From contig OZ244207.1 in assembly GCA_965216875.1 (NCBI GenBank), positions 3,584,001 to 3,648,000 on the forward strand: DNA of 64,000 nucleotides, read 5' to 3'. Below, one piece after another: positions 1 through 11,009 of this stretch (position 1 is the first letter of the stretch; each line of letters opens with the position of its first letter). Position numbers and translations under genes: made by a program. This stretch comes from Rubripirellula sp. GTDB lineage: Bacteria; Planctomycetota; Planctomycetia; Pirellulales; Pirellulaceae. The notes under the pieces were generated by a model, which did not search any database, had not been told where the DNA came from, and saw only the letters and a program-made list of their open reading frames with translations.

Positions 1-29
1 TGGTACGGATTGTCCTGGTCGTCAGTCAT
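1..29 (-). CDS. 5' end of a gene running off the window (MTDDQDNPY...)
   Basis: ATG at 29-27, 2 nt after the stop of the upstream minus-strand gene. An NPY motif is common at the start of planctomycete membrane proteins. Only 9 codons are visible. Confidence 0.3.
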
Positions 30-31
30 CA

Positions 32-973
32 CTAGCGCAACGATTTGCCGGAGACGTCAAGCAGTAGGGAATTGGAGACATTGTTGCCGAAATCGGCAAA
101 CCGATTGAACGTCCACACGACTTTCTTGGACTTTGGTTCAATCTCAATCAACAACGGTTGCTCCGGTCCCGCGTGGCAGTTGCCAATCACGTAGTTTCCA
201 TTCGGTAAGACCTCAAGCGTGGTCACCCAAGCGAGTCGAATCCCTGGCAGATCGTTTTGGTGAATCTGCCAGACGACTTTCTTGTCCGGCGTGACTTCGA
301 TCACGCTGTGCCCGTTACCGGTTGCGATCAATGTGTTGCCATTGCCCAGACGCAACGCGGCGAAACACTTGTCGCCGAACGCTTCCGGACCGTGACCACC
401 CGCCGCCTGCTTGCCAAACAGGGGTACATCGTATTCCCAGACCACCTCGCCCGTCTTCGCGTCGTATTCGCGAACCATTCCATCAGCTTCATGGGCGACC
501 AAGTAGTTACCTCCCGCCAGCGTTCGCACCAAGCGAGTGTCGGAATGTGCGTTGGGGTTGTTGGTCACCAACTTCGTCTCGCGTGAGAGCTTTCCTTCGC
601 GATCGACTTCGATGATGCGCGCCGTTCCCGATTCAGCAATCATCGTCAAGCCATTGGGCAATCGCTCAAACGCGTGAATCTCGACGCGTTTCCCTTTGTT
701 TCCGTTTTGGGTTGCCGAGTCGTATTTCCACACAACCTCTTTCGAATCACGATCAATCTCGACCACCGCAGTGCGACCTTGGCGAGTCAGAATGTTGCCG
801 TTTTTCAGAACGTGAATGTCATGGATGCCACCCCAAGGCATTTCCCAGCTGACCGTTCCATCCGATTCGACGATGGCCAACCGTTTTCCGCCCTGCAAGA
901 GAACTCGATGATCGGCCTGGGCAACCGCCGCCAAACAAACGACGGCCAAAAGGGGCAGGGAAGTGCGAGACAT
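32..973 (-). CDS. Secreted beta-propeller protein (PQQ-like / arylsulfotransferase-like repeats)
   Basis: Signal peptide (LLAVVCLAAVAQA) and repeated 'L.NGN.L....G..V.E.D....VVW.Y' blades. Confidence 0.75.
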   Translation of the reverse strand: MSRTSLPLLAVVCLAAVAQADHRVLLQGGKRLAIVESDGTVSWEMPWGGIHDIHVLKNGNILTRQGRTAVVEIDRDSKEVVWKYDSATQNGNKGKRVEIHAFERLPNGLTMIAESGTARIIEVDREGKLSRETKLVTNNPNAHSDTRLVRTLAGGNYLVAHEADGMVREYDAKTGEVVWEYDVPLFGKQAAGGHGPEAFGDKCFAALRLGNGNTLIATGNGHSVIEVTPDKKVVWQIHQNDLPGIRLAWVTTLEVLPNGNYVIGNCHAGPEQPLLIEIEPKSKKVVWTFNRFADFGNNVSNSLLLDVSGKSLR

Positions 974-1211
974 GTTTTTCCGAAGGGGTATGTGTGGTGG
1001 TTCGCAAAAGGCGTCCGACCATCATACCCCAGCCCACTGAAAACGTTCTCCAATCGCAGGCAAAGCCAACGCCCAAATGAAAAAATGTCTGCCAACAAGA
1101 CGTGACAAGGTACGAAGCTCAAAAGACAGACAAACGTTCTCAAACAACCGGCTCAAGAAGAGGGACTCGTGGCCTCGTCCACTACTTCAGCCGTTACGGC
1201 GATGGATCTCG

Positions 1212-2507
1212 CTACGACGCGGCGGGCGCCGCCGGTGCAGCTGATTGGTTGAGGCACTTGCCGATTTGGCGTACCGCTTGACGCAAGCGATGTTCGTTTT
1301 CGACAAGCGACATTCGCAAGAAGCCTTCGCCAGCAGTACCGAACCCGCTGCCTGGACTGACGGCAACGTTGCCTTCTTCGAGCAACTTCATTGCAAAGTC
1401 CATCGTGCTCATCGAGCTGCGCCATGGTTCCGGCACAGGCGCCCAAACGAACATACCGGCCTTAGGGGCGTCGACTTCCCAACCGAGCCGGCGCAAGCCG
1501 TTGACCAACACGTCACGTCGACCTTGATAGATCTCCGATTGTTTCGCAACGGTCGCCTCGGTCTCGCGCAGCGCGACGATTGCCGCGATCTGGATCGCTT
1601 GGAACATGCCGTAGTCGTAATAACCCTTGATCGTGCCGAGTCCACGAATCATGTCGGCATTGCCGGCGCAGAATCCGACACGCCAACCGGCCATGTTGTA
1701 TCCCTTGCTCATCGTCGTGAATTCAACACCAACATCCTTGGCACCAGGCGCGGCCAAGAAACTTGGCGGTTGGTACCCGTCGAACGCAACGTCGGCATAG
1801 GCAAAGTCATGGATCACCATGAAGCCGTACTTCTTGGCAAGCCGAACCACTTCGACAAAGAAGTCGGGTTCAATGACGGCGGCCGATGGATTGTGTGGGT
1901 AGTTGATGATCAACAACTTTGGTCGCGGCGCGAGATGCTCGCACGTGTAGGCGACGTTGTGCAGGAACTTGTCCGGATCGGCCACGTCCAACGAGACGAC
2001 GTTGCCTGAGGCGAGGATGACGCCATACATGTGAACGGGGAAATAGGGCGACGGGATCATCGCCGTGTCGCCCGGCCCCATCAGCGCCAGACACATATGC
2101 GAGAAACCTTCCTTGCTTCCCAAGCAGGCGATGATCTCGGTATCGGGGTCGAGCCGGACGCCATACTTGCGATGGTATTTTCCAGCGACCTCGCGGCGAA
2201 GGTTGGCGATCCCGTTTGATTTGCTGTAGCCGTGATTGCCCACATCGGCGGCCGCATCGGCGAGTTTGGAGACCACGACTGGATCAGGCGGGTCGGACGG
2301 GTTGCCCATTCCCAAGTCAATCACGTCATCACCCGCACGTCGCTTTTGGTAAAGCGAGTTATTGATGCGACCAAACATGTAGGGCGGCAGTCGATCGACA
2401 CGCGACGCAAATTGAACCTCAAAGGGTTCCTTGACGGGGTCGGTCGTCGGAGGCTCGATGGCGGGAGCATCGATATTGGGCGTGTCGACGTTGAACGGTT
2501 CGCTCAT
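1212..2507 (-). CDS. PLP-dependent class I/II aminotransferase (LL-DAP aminotransferase / AlaC-like)
   Basis: Motifs DLGMGNP, NYPHNPS, HDFAY, and [15 protein letters not shown] (PLP lysine). Start placed at ATG 2507 (MSEPF); the ORF extends to 2579. Confidence 0.9.
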   Translation of the reverse strand: MSEPFNVDTPNIDAPAIEPPTTDPVKEPFEVQFASRVDRLPPYMFGRINNSLYQKRRAGDDVIDLGMGNPSDPPDPVVVSKLADAAADVGNHGYSKSNGIANLRREVAGKYHRKYGVRLDPDTEIIACLGSKEGFSHMCLALMGPGDTAMIPSPYFPVHMYGVILASGNVVSLDVADPDKFLHNVAYTCEHLAPRPKLLIINYPHNPSAAVIEPDFFVEVVRLAKKYGFMVIHDFAYADVAFDGYQPPSFLAAPGAKDVGVEFTTMSKGYNMAGWRVGFCAGNADMIRGLGTIKGYYDYGMFQAIQIAAIVALRETEATVAKQSEIYQGRRDVLVNGLRRLGWEVDAPKAGMFVWAPVPEPWRSSMSTMDFAMKLLEEGNVAVSPGSGFGTAGEGFLRMSLVENEHRLRQAVRQIGKCLNQSAAPAAPAAS

Positions 2508-2651
2508 GATGTTGTTGGTCCGCGGCAGCGGCGATCGAGAAGGGTATTTGCTGTGAATATTGTCGATAAGACCCTGCAAAAAGCCCAGGGGTTATCTGAA
2601 AAGTCTCGTTATTTCGCCCCTGGGGTGACTTTAACGGTTACGTCGGGACCC

Positions 2652-2683
2652 AAAAAAAGCCCGGCCATCACTGACCGGGCTTT
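2652..2683 (-). terminator. Intrinsic terminator after the PPIase gene
   Basis: AAAAAAAGCCCGG-N10-CCGGGCTTT: a GC stem followed by a U7 tract on the minus strand. Confidence 0.8.
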
Positions 2684-2710
2684 CGACGCGAATTCTGCCC
2701 CGCGCACGTA

Positions 2711-4519
2711 TCACTTGCGTGGCTGAGGTTTCTCGCCAGCGATTCGTGTGGATTCTTTTGACGCGGCCAAGAAATTGTCGATCTCGGCATTGTCGATCAT
2801 GGCTTCGAACTGCCGGGTCATCGCCCGGTTGAGCTTCTTTTCATGGAGGTCACGCAGCAGCTCGTCACGGACGTCGGACAAGTCGGTCACGATTGGCTCG
2901 GTGTACCCTTGGCATCGCAAGACGATGTACTTGTCACCAGCGACGATGATTCCGCTCAAGTCGCCTGGCTTCAATTGAAACGCTTCGCGTTCAATCGCTG
3001 GCTGACCGCTGAACTTGCGAATCGGCGGAACCTTGCCGCGATTGCTGGCCGAGGCCGGTTCGATACTGTACTGCTCGGCAAGTTGACCAAAGAACTCGTC
3101 GGTCGGGTTGTCACGAGCCATCTCCCAGATCTTCTGAGCGCTCCGTTGGTCGCCCAACACGATCGCCAACACTTCAACCCGAGGTCCATACGACGATTCG
3201 AATCCTTCCTTCAAATCGTCCGCCGTCACTTTGACAGAGTCTTCAACCAACTTGCGAAGGGCAACGCTCGGCCAAACAGCATCGTCAAAGTAAAGTTGAC
3301 GTGTCATCATGCCGTCAGCGGTGACCGACTCGAGCCACCCCTCGACGTCTGGCGAACCATCGCCACGCACGTAGCCAACCTTGACGGCGGCCGACGCCAC
3401 TTCTTGATTGACATCGTCTTGAGTGATGGTCTTGCCAACCGAACGCAATGCTTGGTTCAGCAGCTTGCGATTGATTTCGCCTTCGAGCACATCGAGACCG
3501 TGACGCTTGATGCATTCCGCAGCCACGATGTCGATCATCACCTTTTCGCCGTTAATGATTGCAGCGACGCCAGGGTGTTGTTTGGAAAGTTCTTCATTGC
3601 CGAGCACCAAGACGACACGAGCGTCTTTTTGCAGTTTCGAAAACAGCTCGGTCGCTGCGTTGCGCATTTTCTGGTCGCGAAGTTGATCGTTGATCTGATC
3701 GCGGATCACAGGCATCGCTTGTGCACTTGGTGTCGACGCTGGGATACGGCGGACGGCTTGCAAGACAATCCATTGATCACCAAGCTGCAACACGTCCGAG
3801 ACGCCGCCGTCTTTCAGACCGAAGGCGGCTTCTTCGAGTCGCGAGTCGCCGCTGTTGCGACGAATTGGCGGAATCAATCCACCAACGCTGGCACTTGCCG
3901 GATCTTCACTGTGTTTTTTTGCCAGCGCCGAGAAACTCTCGGGATCAGCGGTCGCTTGTTGCTGAAGCGATAGCGCCTTTTCGCGTTTCGCCGTCATGAT
4001 CAAACGGCACTTCACGGCTTCGCCGTATTGAGCCGAGAAGGCTTTATTGAATTCATCCTGCGTCACTTGGACCTTGTCGGCAACAAGCTGTCGCAACGCG
4101 AGCATGGGCCAAATGATCTCGCGACTGTATTGGTCAGGAGCGATGTCGCGTTCCTTTTCCAACAAGCCCAAGTAGGATTCCATCGTCAGGCCAAACTTTT
4201 TGGCGACACGATCAATTTCTTCACGGACTTCTTTCTCCGTGATGTTGATTCCATGGCTTTGGCAAGCTTGCAAAATCAAATGGCGGTTGACCATGTTTTC
4301 CAACACGTCTTTGCCAAACCGAACAACACACGCGTCAGCGAGTGTTTTGCGTGTGATCGGGTCGGCGTTGACCACGGCCACGATGTTGTTGCGTTCTTGA
4401 GCTGCCGATTGCGAGGGAGCCGAAATCGCAACGAAGGTCATTGCGAAAGCCATCGTCAACGCCAATGGCTTTGCCCAACTCAATTGGGGCATCGTTTGTA
4501 GGCGGGGCATTGCGGTCAC
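2711..4519 (-). CDS. Periplasmic peptidyl-prolyl isomerase/foldase (SurA/PrsA-like, duplicated SurA-N + parvulin)
   Basis: Signal peptide, then two repeats of 'VAxVNGExI...' plus 'F..LA..HS.D..SA..GG.IPPI' rotamase motifs. Confidence 0.85.
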   Translation of the reverse strand: MTAMPRLQTMPQLSWAKPLALTMAFAMTFVAISAPSQSAAQERNNIVAVVNADPITRKTLADACVVRFGKDVLENMVNRHLILQACQSHGINITEKEVREEIDRVAKKFGLTMESYLGLLEKERDIAPDQYSREIIWPMLALRQLVADKVQVTQDEFNKAFSAQYGEAVKCRLIMTAKREKALSLQQQATADPESFSALAKKHSEDPASASVGGLIPPIRRNSGDSRLEEAAFGLKDGGVSDVLQLGDQWIVLQAVRRIPASTPSAQAMPVIRDQINDQLRDQKMRNAATELFSKLQKDARVVLVLGNEELSKQHPGVAAIINGEKVMIDIVAAECIKRHGLDVLEGEINRKLLNQALRSVGKTITQDDVNQEVASAAVKVGYVRGDGSPDVEGWLESVTADGMMTRQLYFDDAVWPSVALRKLVEDSVKVTADDLKEGFESSYGPRVEVLAIVLGDQRSAQKIWEMARDNPTDEFFGQLAEQYSIEPASASNRGKVPPIRKFSGQPAIEREAFQLKPGDLSGIIVAGDKYIVLRCQGYTEPIVTDLSDVRDELLRDLHEKKLNRAMTRQFEAMIDNAEIDNFLAASKESTRIAGEKPQPRK

Positions 4520-4875
4520 TCCTTTGAACCGAATGGGTCGGGTTGCCCTGAAAGGCTAGATTCCTGTGCGGTAGCGGCCGCGCCGCCCAACAGGGCGAGA
4601 CGGCGACACGAGGAAAAAATAGGAAAGTTGCCATTTCGACTCAAGATGAATCGAGCAACGCCTCTTCGAAACGCTTCGCGAACGACCGTTGTTTGGCGTT
4701 CCCCTGGCACACCGCCGCCTGCGACATTGGTGCTAGCAAATGAAACCTTGTTGCACGCAGGTTGTAACTTTTTCCGTTTGTGGCATTCGTTTCGACGCTC
4801 CATCCAACGGGCAAAAAAGAATTCGCCCACGATTTACGAGACGAACGCGCCTTCTTGAGTTTTGCAGCGTGCCTT

Positions 4876-4891
4876 TGGCACAGGGCGTGCT
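4876..4891 (+). promoter_or_regulatory. Candidate sigma54 (-24/-12) promoter for csrA
   Basis: TGGCACAGGGCGTGCT gives GG-N10-GC with the TGGCAC core, about 100 nt upstream of the csrA ATG. Confidence 0.4.
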
Positions 4892-4994
4892 CTAGTTGCC
4901 CTCCATCAAGAAAAGACTTGCCGCCCTGGCAAACTGCCTGTGACGGCCAAAACGTCAACCTCTCGAACATCGATTAAAAGGCGAAGGAGAAGCC

Positions 4995-5393
4995 ATGCTT
5001 GTTTTGTCCCGTAAGGCCAAGGAACAGATTTTGATCGGCCAAGATATTCGCGTCACTCTGTTGCGAATTGATGGCAATAAAGTCCGTATCGGTATCGAAG
5101 CCCCCGATGAGGTGCGTGTGATTCGCGGCGAACTCGCTGGCACCGAAAAACCACAACCGAGCGACGACAAAGACGACGAGCAAGGACAAGTGAGCCCTCG
5201 CGAAGAAGCGTTCGCCCATCCTCGTGTCGCCAGCAAAACGGCCCCCAACAAAACCAAACCACGCCGGGCTGTCACCAATCGGTTGCCCGTCCAGGACAAG
5301 CCGCAGTTGTTCGTCGGCAGCGTCGATCGCGATGGCGAATCACCTGAGATTAAGCCCGCGCCCCTGGCTGGCTACATGACCACTGCAAGCTAG
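4995..5393 (+). CDS. csrA: Carbon storage regulator CsrA with long C-terminal extension
   Basis: MLVLSRKAKEQILIGQDIRVTLLRIDGNKVRIGIEAPDEVRVIRGEL is a CsrA domain; SD AAGGAG upstream. Confidence 0.9.
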   Translation: MLVLSRKAKEQILIGQDIRVTLLRIDGNKVRIGIEAPDEVRVIRGELAGTEKPQPSDDKDDEQGQVSPREEAFAHPRVASKTAPNKTKPRRAVTNRLPVQDKPQLFVGSVDRDGESPEIKPAPLAGYMTTAS

Positions 5394-5396
5394 TCT

Positions 5397-5426
5397 CGAA
5401 GAAAAGGGGTTCTCTCTTTTCTCTTC
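5397..5426. terminator. Hairpin between convergent csrA and hydrolase genes
   Basis: GAAAAGGGG-TTC-TCTCTTTTC imperfect inverted repeat. Confidence 0.4.
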
Positions 5427-5432
5427 CGACAA

Positions 5433-7541
5433 TCACCGCTCGATGACGACGGGGGCGAAAACACCCGACTCCTGCTCGTCGCTGAGGTGATCTGGCACGG
5501 TTGCGATCCGCTGACCTGGTTGAGTGGCGACTCGGTCGTTGGCATCGACTTCCTGCAGGTGTGCCATCAAAATCCGCCGGACTTCATAGATGGTTGTGCC
5601 ATTCATGTGAATGGTTGTGTGAGGGGCGTCGACGCGCAGTTCGCTTTCGACGTCGTCCATCACCGCGCTATCGATATTGACCACGCCATCACCGGGACCA
5701 ATCTTGCGTTGCAAGAAAGACGGTTCCTTCAATTCGCCGATGATGTTGTGATACTTGACGTTGGGTGCGCGCTTCGCATGCATCATGACCGGAAAGATCG
5801 GTGATTCGGGCGCGAGAGAATCAATTGCATTGGCAACGGTCAAGAGTTGCGTGTGCTTGAACAGTTGAGGGTTTTCCTCGGCCAGGCGATGACCAGTGGT
5901 GACGGCCATTTGCGGAAGCTTGATGATCTTACGTGCCAGCCAGCGAGTCACATCATTGGCAAATTCGCTGCCCCGATGCGGAGTCCCGATGGTGATCACG
6001 CGCCGAACCGACTCGCTCGGTTTGAAGTACAACGTGCTAACCAGTTTGTGAACGTCTTCGTTCGAGCCGCGAATCTGAGCGACCGCCTCTTGAGGCGACT
6101 GGGCGGGATGATCACTGACAATCTTCCAGAACTCATCGCCACTATCGATCGTCTGCATTCGGCTAACCAAGCCGCCCATACTGTGACCAACCAGGACCAT
6201 CTGATCCATGTTCTTGTCGCGATGGCTCGGATCAAACACCTCGCGCATCTCTCTTAGGTCAGCGCGCAAATGCGTCGCACTGGTCCAGAACGGTTGTCCG
6301 GTGGGATAAAGGTAGAACCAAAACTGATAGCGTTCGCGCACTTCGGGAAAGCTACGCAGGTCGTTGAACATGTCCATCCAGGTCATCGGACTCGACCAAA
6401 GACCATGGACCATCAACACGGGAATACGATCAGGGTCGTACGGTTCCAACATGTACAAGCCGCGTTTGGCCTGGTAGTCGTTCGGGTTGATCAAACCTTC
6501 GGTGGCCAGATTCCGTTTGCGAAACTCGGGACTGTCCAAAAAGAACGCCAGTGGCGTTGTCAGGTCGGTTTCGAGCGGGACCCATTGGTTGGCCAATTCG
6601 ATTTGATTGGCCGTCAGCGGGTCGAAGAACTCGAGGATGCAGGTGCCGGCTTCGCCAGCACGTGCACCGTTGGGCTTCACACAGCGCATCATCGCCGTGA
6701 CGCTATAGCTGAGCCCCTCGGGGTAATATCCCTCGCGGTTTTCGCTGTCGCCTGATGGGCGTCGAACGGCGATCAGTGGGACGCCGAGACCATAGGTGGT
6801 GTGGCGATTGCGAAGCGTTTCGATCTCGTAGTCACTGACAAACTCGTAGTGATCAAACTCATCGGGTTTCCACTGGCCACGCATTTCGGTGCGGACAAGG
6901 AATTCTCGGTTCGGCGTGCTGATCGTGTAGGTTTGCCCTGGCTCGATCTTGTTTTCGCTGCACAACAATCGCAGCGTGTCTTCGAGCGATTCGTTGTACA
7001 GGTCGCACGCATCGCGAAATTGAGGGTCGTACGGGTTGCGCGTGATCTTGAGATCTTCGCTGAACAGATAGTCGTACGCGTTGGTCAGCGCAACGCCGTA
7101 TTGATTCAACGCAGCGTACACATCGCCGCGGCGTTCCGCTTTTTTTCCTTCGACGTAAGACAGTTCACTGAGGGCGTAGATCAATTCGCCATCAGGCGTG
7201 TTGGCAACGGTCTCACGTATGTGTTCAAAGCAGACGTTGTGATCGTCTTTGTAACTCCCTTCCAGGCCGAATCGACGGAGGGTGTCCCAGGTCCGCTCAC
7301 TAATCTCGGGGCCTTGGCGGCCGGTCAGTTTGAGCTGGGCGGTGAGCGCGTTTTCGCGAATGGAACGGGGTGCGAGGTAGTTTGTCGTTGCGCAGCCGCC
7401 ACCACACAGCAAGGCAACACACGTCCACATCGCTCGCATCGACAAAGTTCGCCAATGCAAGGGTGAAGTGGTGTGGGAAGGCTGCGGTATTCGCTTTGAT
7501 TCGTTTCCTAGTTGCTCGTCCATCGCTTGTTCGCTGCGCAC
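5433..7541 (-). CDS. Alpha/beta hydrolase (esterase/lipase family), probable lipoprotein
   Basis: PVLMVHGLWS, nucleophile elbow GHSMGG, IGTPHRGS, GDGVV and a C-terminal His. Lipobox-like LLCGGGC suggests a later start (e.g. 7439). Confidence 0.85.
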   Translation of the reverse strand: MRSEQAMDEQLGNESKRIPQPSHTTSPLHWRTLSMRAMWTCVALLCGGGCATTNYLAPRSIRENALTAQLKLTGRQGPEISERTWDTLRRFGLEGSYKDDHNVCFEHIRETVANTPDGELIYALSELSYVEGKKAERRGDVYAALNQYGVALTNAYDYLFSEDLKITRNPYDPQFRDACDLYNESLEDTLRLLCSENKIEPGQTYTISTPNREFLVRTEMRGQWKPDEFDHYEFVSDYEIETLRNRHTTYGLGVPLIAVRRPSGDSENREGYYPEGLSYSVTAMMRCVKPNGARAGEAGTCILEFFDPLTANQIELANQWVPLETDLTTPLAFFLDSPEFRKRNLATEGLINPNDYQAKRGLYMLEPYDPDRIPVLMVHGLWSSPMTWMDMFNDLRSFPEVRERYQFWFYLYPTGQPFWTSATHLRADLREMREVFDPSHRDKNMDQMVLVGHSMGGLVSRMQTIDSGDEFWKIVSDHPAQSPQEAVAQIRGSNEDVHKLVSTLYFKPSESVRRVITIGTPHRGSEFANDVTRWLARKIIKLPQMAVTTGHRLAEENPQLFKHTQLLTVANAIDSLAPESPIFPVMMHAKRAPNVKYHNIIGELKEPSFLQRKIGPGDGVVNIDSAVMDDVESELRVDAPHTTIHMNGTTIYEVRRILMAHLQEVDANDRVATQPGQRIATVPDHLSDEQESGVFAPVVIER

Positions 7542-8129
7542 GTTGATCCGTGTCGGTCAGAGAATCAGTGCGGACGGTAGGAATTCGCAGTGGGGAGTGT
7601 CAACGTTATCTCGGCGCGAATTGGCTCGAAACGTTGCCCGCGAACTGGACAGCGCCTATCGTGAAAAGTGGAAGCCACGACGATCTCTATTCGCGATAAG
7701 TGAAACGTGTTTCACGCGAATGTTTCTTCGTCACTCGCGCCAGGATGCGCACGCGGCCGCAGAGCCGCCCGAAAGCCATGCCGGTTTCGAGAGAAACCGA
7801 ACCGGTTTTAAGAATGGAAGCACCTGGTTTGTCTGCACAAAGTCTGCGCGGTGGATGGCCGCCGTCGTTGTGATCTCAGCCAGCGTGAATTCTTAAAAAA
7901 CCAAGCGGGTTTTCGAGCGTTCTTTGCTCATCAGGACCGGACCAACCGGCGTGATTGATTCTCGACCTGACGGTCTGGGTTGGTCACACCAGTTATCCCG
8001 AATTACCGCCGCAACAGTTTTTTGACCAGGCACCCTTTGTGACCTATATTCCCGTGGCCGCCCGTATTGAGCATCTTGAGCGGCCTCGCTGCATTGCCTC
8101 CTCCCGGCACGTGTGGAACCTCCCAATCG

Positions 8130-9821
8130 ATGCTCGCCATGGAAACTCTGCGCATGGATTTTATTGCCCGCGTCGTGATCAAGCCCCTCGCAGCTGGCAT
8201 TGTTGCAACGGTCGTCACCCTCTCTGGCAACCTCGCGACCCTCAACCACGTCTCGGCACAGTCGCCAAGCGAAGCGGGTGTGGTCGATGCGGAATCAGCC
8301 TCGGTCCAGTCTGGCCTCGAGTTGGAACGAAATCGCCAATGGGCGGAAGCGGTCCGACACTACGAGGACGCGACAAAGAAACATCCATCAAGCAAGACGT
8401 TGTATCAACGGCTTGTCATCAGTCGCATCCATTACGATGTCAATCGACGTTATCGCGACGACAGCTATTTGCAATCGGTGCGTGAACTCGGAACGAGCCA
8501 AGCGCTCGACCTGTACGCCGAAATGCTGGCGAACCTCGAAACACACTATGTCGAAAACGTCGACTGGTCGCGTGTGCTCGTGCATGGCACCGCTGCGTTG
8601 GAAGTCGCATTGACCGAGGACAGCTTCGTGCAACGTTTGCTCGCCGACGTTGATCCTGAAGCAATCGAGCGATTCCGTCTCAACATCCATCACCGCCTCA
8701 GCAATCGCAGCACCGCGACACGCTTCGATTTGCGTGCAACGGTCGCCTATGTGGCTGGTGCCGCGCAAACCGAGTTGGGACTATCGGCAACGGCAACCGT
8801 GCTGGAGTATCTGAGCGGAGCGGTTTCGACACTCGACCCGTACACACGCCTTCTGTCGCCGAGCCAGTTGGACGAGATGTTCTCAAACATCGAAGGCAAC
8901 TTCGTCGGCCTGGGAATCGAGTTGAAAGCAGAATCGGATCACCTGCAAATCTTGTCGGTGATCCCCAACGGTCCGGCCGAAGAGGCTGGCATCCTTGCTG
9001 GCGAGAGGATCGTCCGTGTTGAGTCGGCCTTCACCGACGCGACCGACCCCGACCACGCCGCCGACTTGCTTCGCGGCCCCGAGCACACCTACGTTTCGAT
9101 CGCTGTCACGAACGCTCAAGGCGAGCAACGGGACTTGAAGGTCCAACGTCGACGCGTCGAAGTTCCTTGTGTTGAAAACGTTCACTTCATCGACGTCGAC
9201 AACCGCGTTGGTTACATGCGGCTGACGAACTTCCAAAAAACAACCACCCGTGACGTCGAACGAGCCCTGTGGCAGTTGCACCGCCAAGGCATGCGTTCGC
9301 TGGTCATCGATGTGCGTGGCAATCCCGGTGGACTGCTGTCGGCGGCCGTTGAAGTGGCCGACCGTTTCCTTGGCACAGGACGCATTGTCACCACACGTGG
9401 CCGCAATGCTCGCGAGAATTTTGACTACATCGCGCATCGTCCCAACACTTGGAATGTGCCGCTTGCTGTCCTCATTGACCGCGACAGCGCAAGTGCCAGC
9501 GAGATCTTTGCTGGTGCCATCGCTGACTCGAAGCGAGGAGCAATCATTGGCGAGACAAGCTACGGCAAAGGAAGCGTGCAAGGCATCTTCCGCATGCAAA
9601 CCGCCAAGTTTGGACTCTGTCTGACCACCGCCAAGTTCTATTCGCCGAGTGGTCGTGCCATCAGCCGCCGCGGCGTCACGCCAAGCATCGAGGTGGAGCC
9701 GACTTACATTGCCGCTCGCCCGAATGCAGAAGGGAAAGTGACCCTCGACGCAGAAGACGCCGTCTTGCAACGAGCGGTAGAGCACTTCGGCGGCGAGCAA
9801 AAGATCTCACGCCGTCCCTAG
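8130..9821 (+). CDS. S41 family carboxyl-terminal processing protease with PDZ domain
   Basis: LDPYT, GLGIEL (PDZ), IDVRGNPGGLL, SASASEIFAG (catalytic Ser) and SYGKGSVQ (Lys). Start uncertain (8067-8154). Confidence 0.9.
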   Translation: MLAMETLRMDFIARVVIKPLAAGIVATVVTLSGNLATLNHVSAQSPSEAGVVDAESASVQSGLELERNRQWAEAVRHYEDATKKHPSSKTLYQRLVISRIHYDVNRRYRDDSYLQSVRELGTSQALDLYAEMLANLETHYVENVDWSRVLVHGTAALEVALTEDSFVQRLLADVDPEAIERFRLNIHHRLSNRSTATRFDLRATVAYVAGAAQTELGLSATATVLEYLSGAVSTLDPYTRLLSPSQLDEMFSNIEGNFVGLGIELKAESDHLQILSVIPNGPAEEAGILAGERIVRVESAFTDATDPDHAADLLRGPEHTYVSIAVTNAQGEQRDLKVQRRRVEVPCVENVHFIDVDNRVGYMRLTNFQKTTTRDVERALWQLHRQGMRSLVIDVRGNPGGLLSAAVEVADRFLGTGRIVTTRGRNARENFDYIAHRPNTWNVPLAVLIDRDSASASEIFAGAIADSKRGAIIGETSYGKGSVQGIFRMQTAKFGLCLTTAKFYSPSGRAISRRGVTPSIEVEPTYIAARPNAEGKVTLDAEDAVLQRAVEHFGGEQKISRRP

Positions 9822-9858
9822 TCACAAGTGCCACGCGGCACCTGGCACGAGACAACAC

Positions 9859-9900
9859 AAAAAACAACGCCCATCCGTTTGGATGGGCGTTGTTCGTTTT
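9859..9900. terminator. Bidirectional intrinsic terminator
   Basis: Perfect 14-bp stem AACAACGCCCATCC-GTTT-GGATGGGCGTTGTT with A and T tracts, between convergent genes. Confidence 0.8.
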
Positions 9901-9919
9901 GCAATGGATCGATTCGACT

Positions 9920-10210
9920 CTAGTCAGTCGGTTGTGTCACGAATCGAGCCGAGGTGGTTGTGGCTTGCTGAGCTTTGGCGGCCGCTTGTTTGGCTGGCTT
10001 CGTCTCGCGAACCAAGATGCTTGGGCCAAAGACTTCCGTCATCTTTTCCGGAGTCATTTGCAGCACGCGACTGGCCCGGTAGTTACCACCGCGAGTCGAT
10101 TGTGTTTTTGGTTGGCTGTAACTTCGACGACCAAAGCGTCCGAACTGGGCTTCGGCTGTCGAGAATGCAGAAAGGACCAGGGTCACAGCAACGATGGCTC
10201 GAAAGGTCAC
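9920..10210 (-). CDS. Small secreted basic hypothetical protein
   Basis: Clear signal peptide (MTFRAIVAVTLVLSAFSTAEAQ), AGGATG SD-like sequence, ends at the terminator. Confidence 0.6.
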   Translation of the reverse strand: MTFRAIVAVTLVLSAFSTAEAQFGRFGRRSYSQPKTQSTRGGNYRASRVLQMTPEKMTEVFGPSILVRETKPAKQAAAKAQQATTTSARFVTQPTD

Positions 10211-10395
10211 GGTGTCATCCTATGTGGCGATCATCATCAACAAGGACGACGCCACAGCTCCGGCTGGATGTCGGTCCCGATCATTAACTTTTGTTCCCAG
10301 AACTCTTGCATATTTTTTGCCACGGGGCGGTCAAAAAAGACCAGTGCGATTGTATCGGTCAACGCCGTTGTGACACTGCGGCGATCGCACAATCG

Positions 10396-10773
10396 CTAGG
10401 GTTGGTACAACGCGACGCAAGCGCCAGCCGGATCTTCGATCACCGCGCATCGGCCTCCGCCGGCCGAACGTGGACCATGAAGCAATTTGCCGCCACTCTC
10501 GTTGCAACGGGCGATGCATGCGTCCAGATCTTCGACATTGATGTACAGCAACCATTGCGGTGGAAGACCAACGTTTTCTCCGCGGGCGTGACAGATTCCG
10601 GCCACCGTCGCGCCATCACCCGCGATCATGCAGTGATCTTCGTATTGCCCCATGGGCACAGGCGAGCTCGTCCAGCCGACGACCTTCTCGTAAAACTCTC
10701 GGATCTCGTTGGCATTGTCGATCGTTAGGTCGGCCCATCCGATCTGTCCCGGAGATGGAGTTGGCTCGTTCAT
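10396..10773 (-). CDS. VOC family (glyoxalase/bleomycin resistance) protein
   Basis: GQIGWADLT, FYEKVVGW, WLLYINVEDLD, CAVIEDPAGA. Confidence 0.9.
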   Translation of the reverse strand: MNEPTPSPGQIGWADLTIDNANEIREFYEKVVGWTSSPVPMGQYEDHCMIAGDGATVAGICHARGENVGLPPQWLLYINVEDLDACIARCNESGGKLLHGPRSAGGGRCAVIEDPAGACVALYQP

Positions 10774-11009
10774 ACTTTGTTGCTCGCTGACTTGTTGGTT
10801 GAAATGGGTGCTCACCAAGACCTATTCGTCTTAACCGAAAGAACCGTTCCATTGAGACAAAAAGGCCGATACCGAACCCCTTTTTTTACCGCGCCAGCCC
10901 GGTTTGTGGTCAAAACTTTTGCAGGAACGGTAGCGCCAATCTTCTCCGCGCACACCGATTCCAAAGAACTGTTGATGGAATACAAGACGAACGAGCACGA
11001 GGTGCAACC

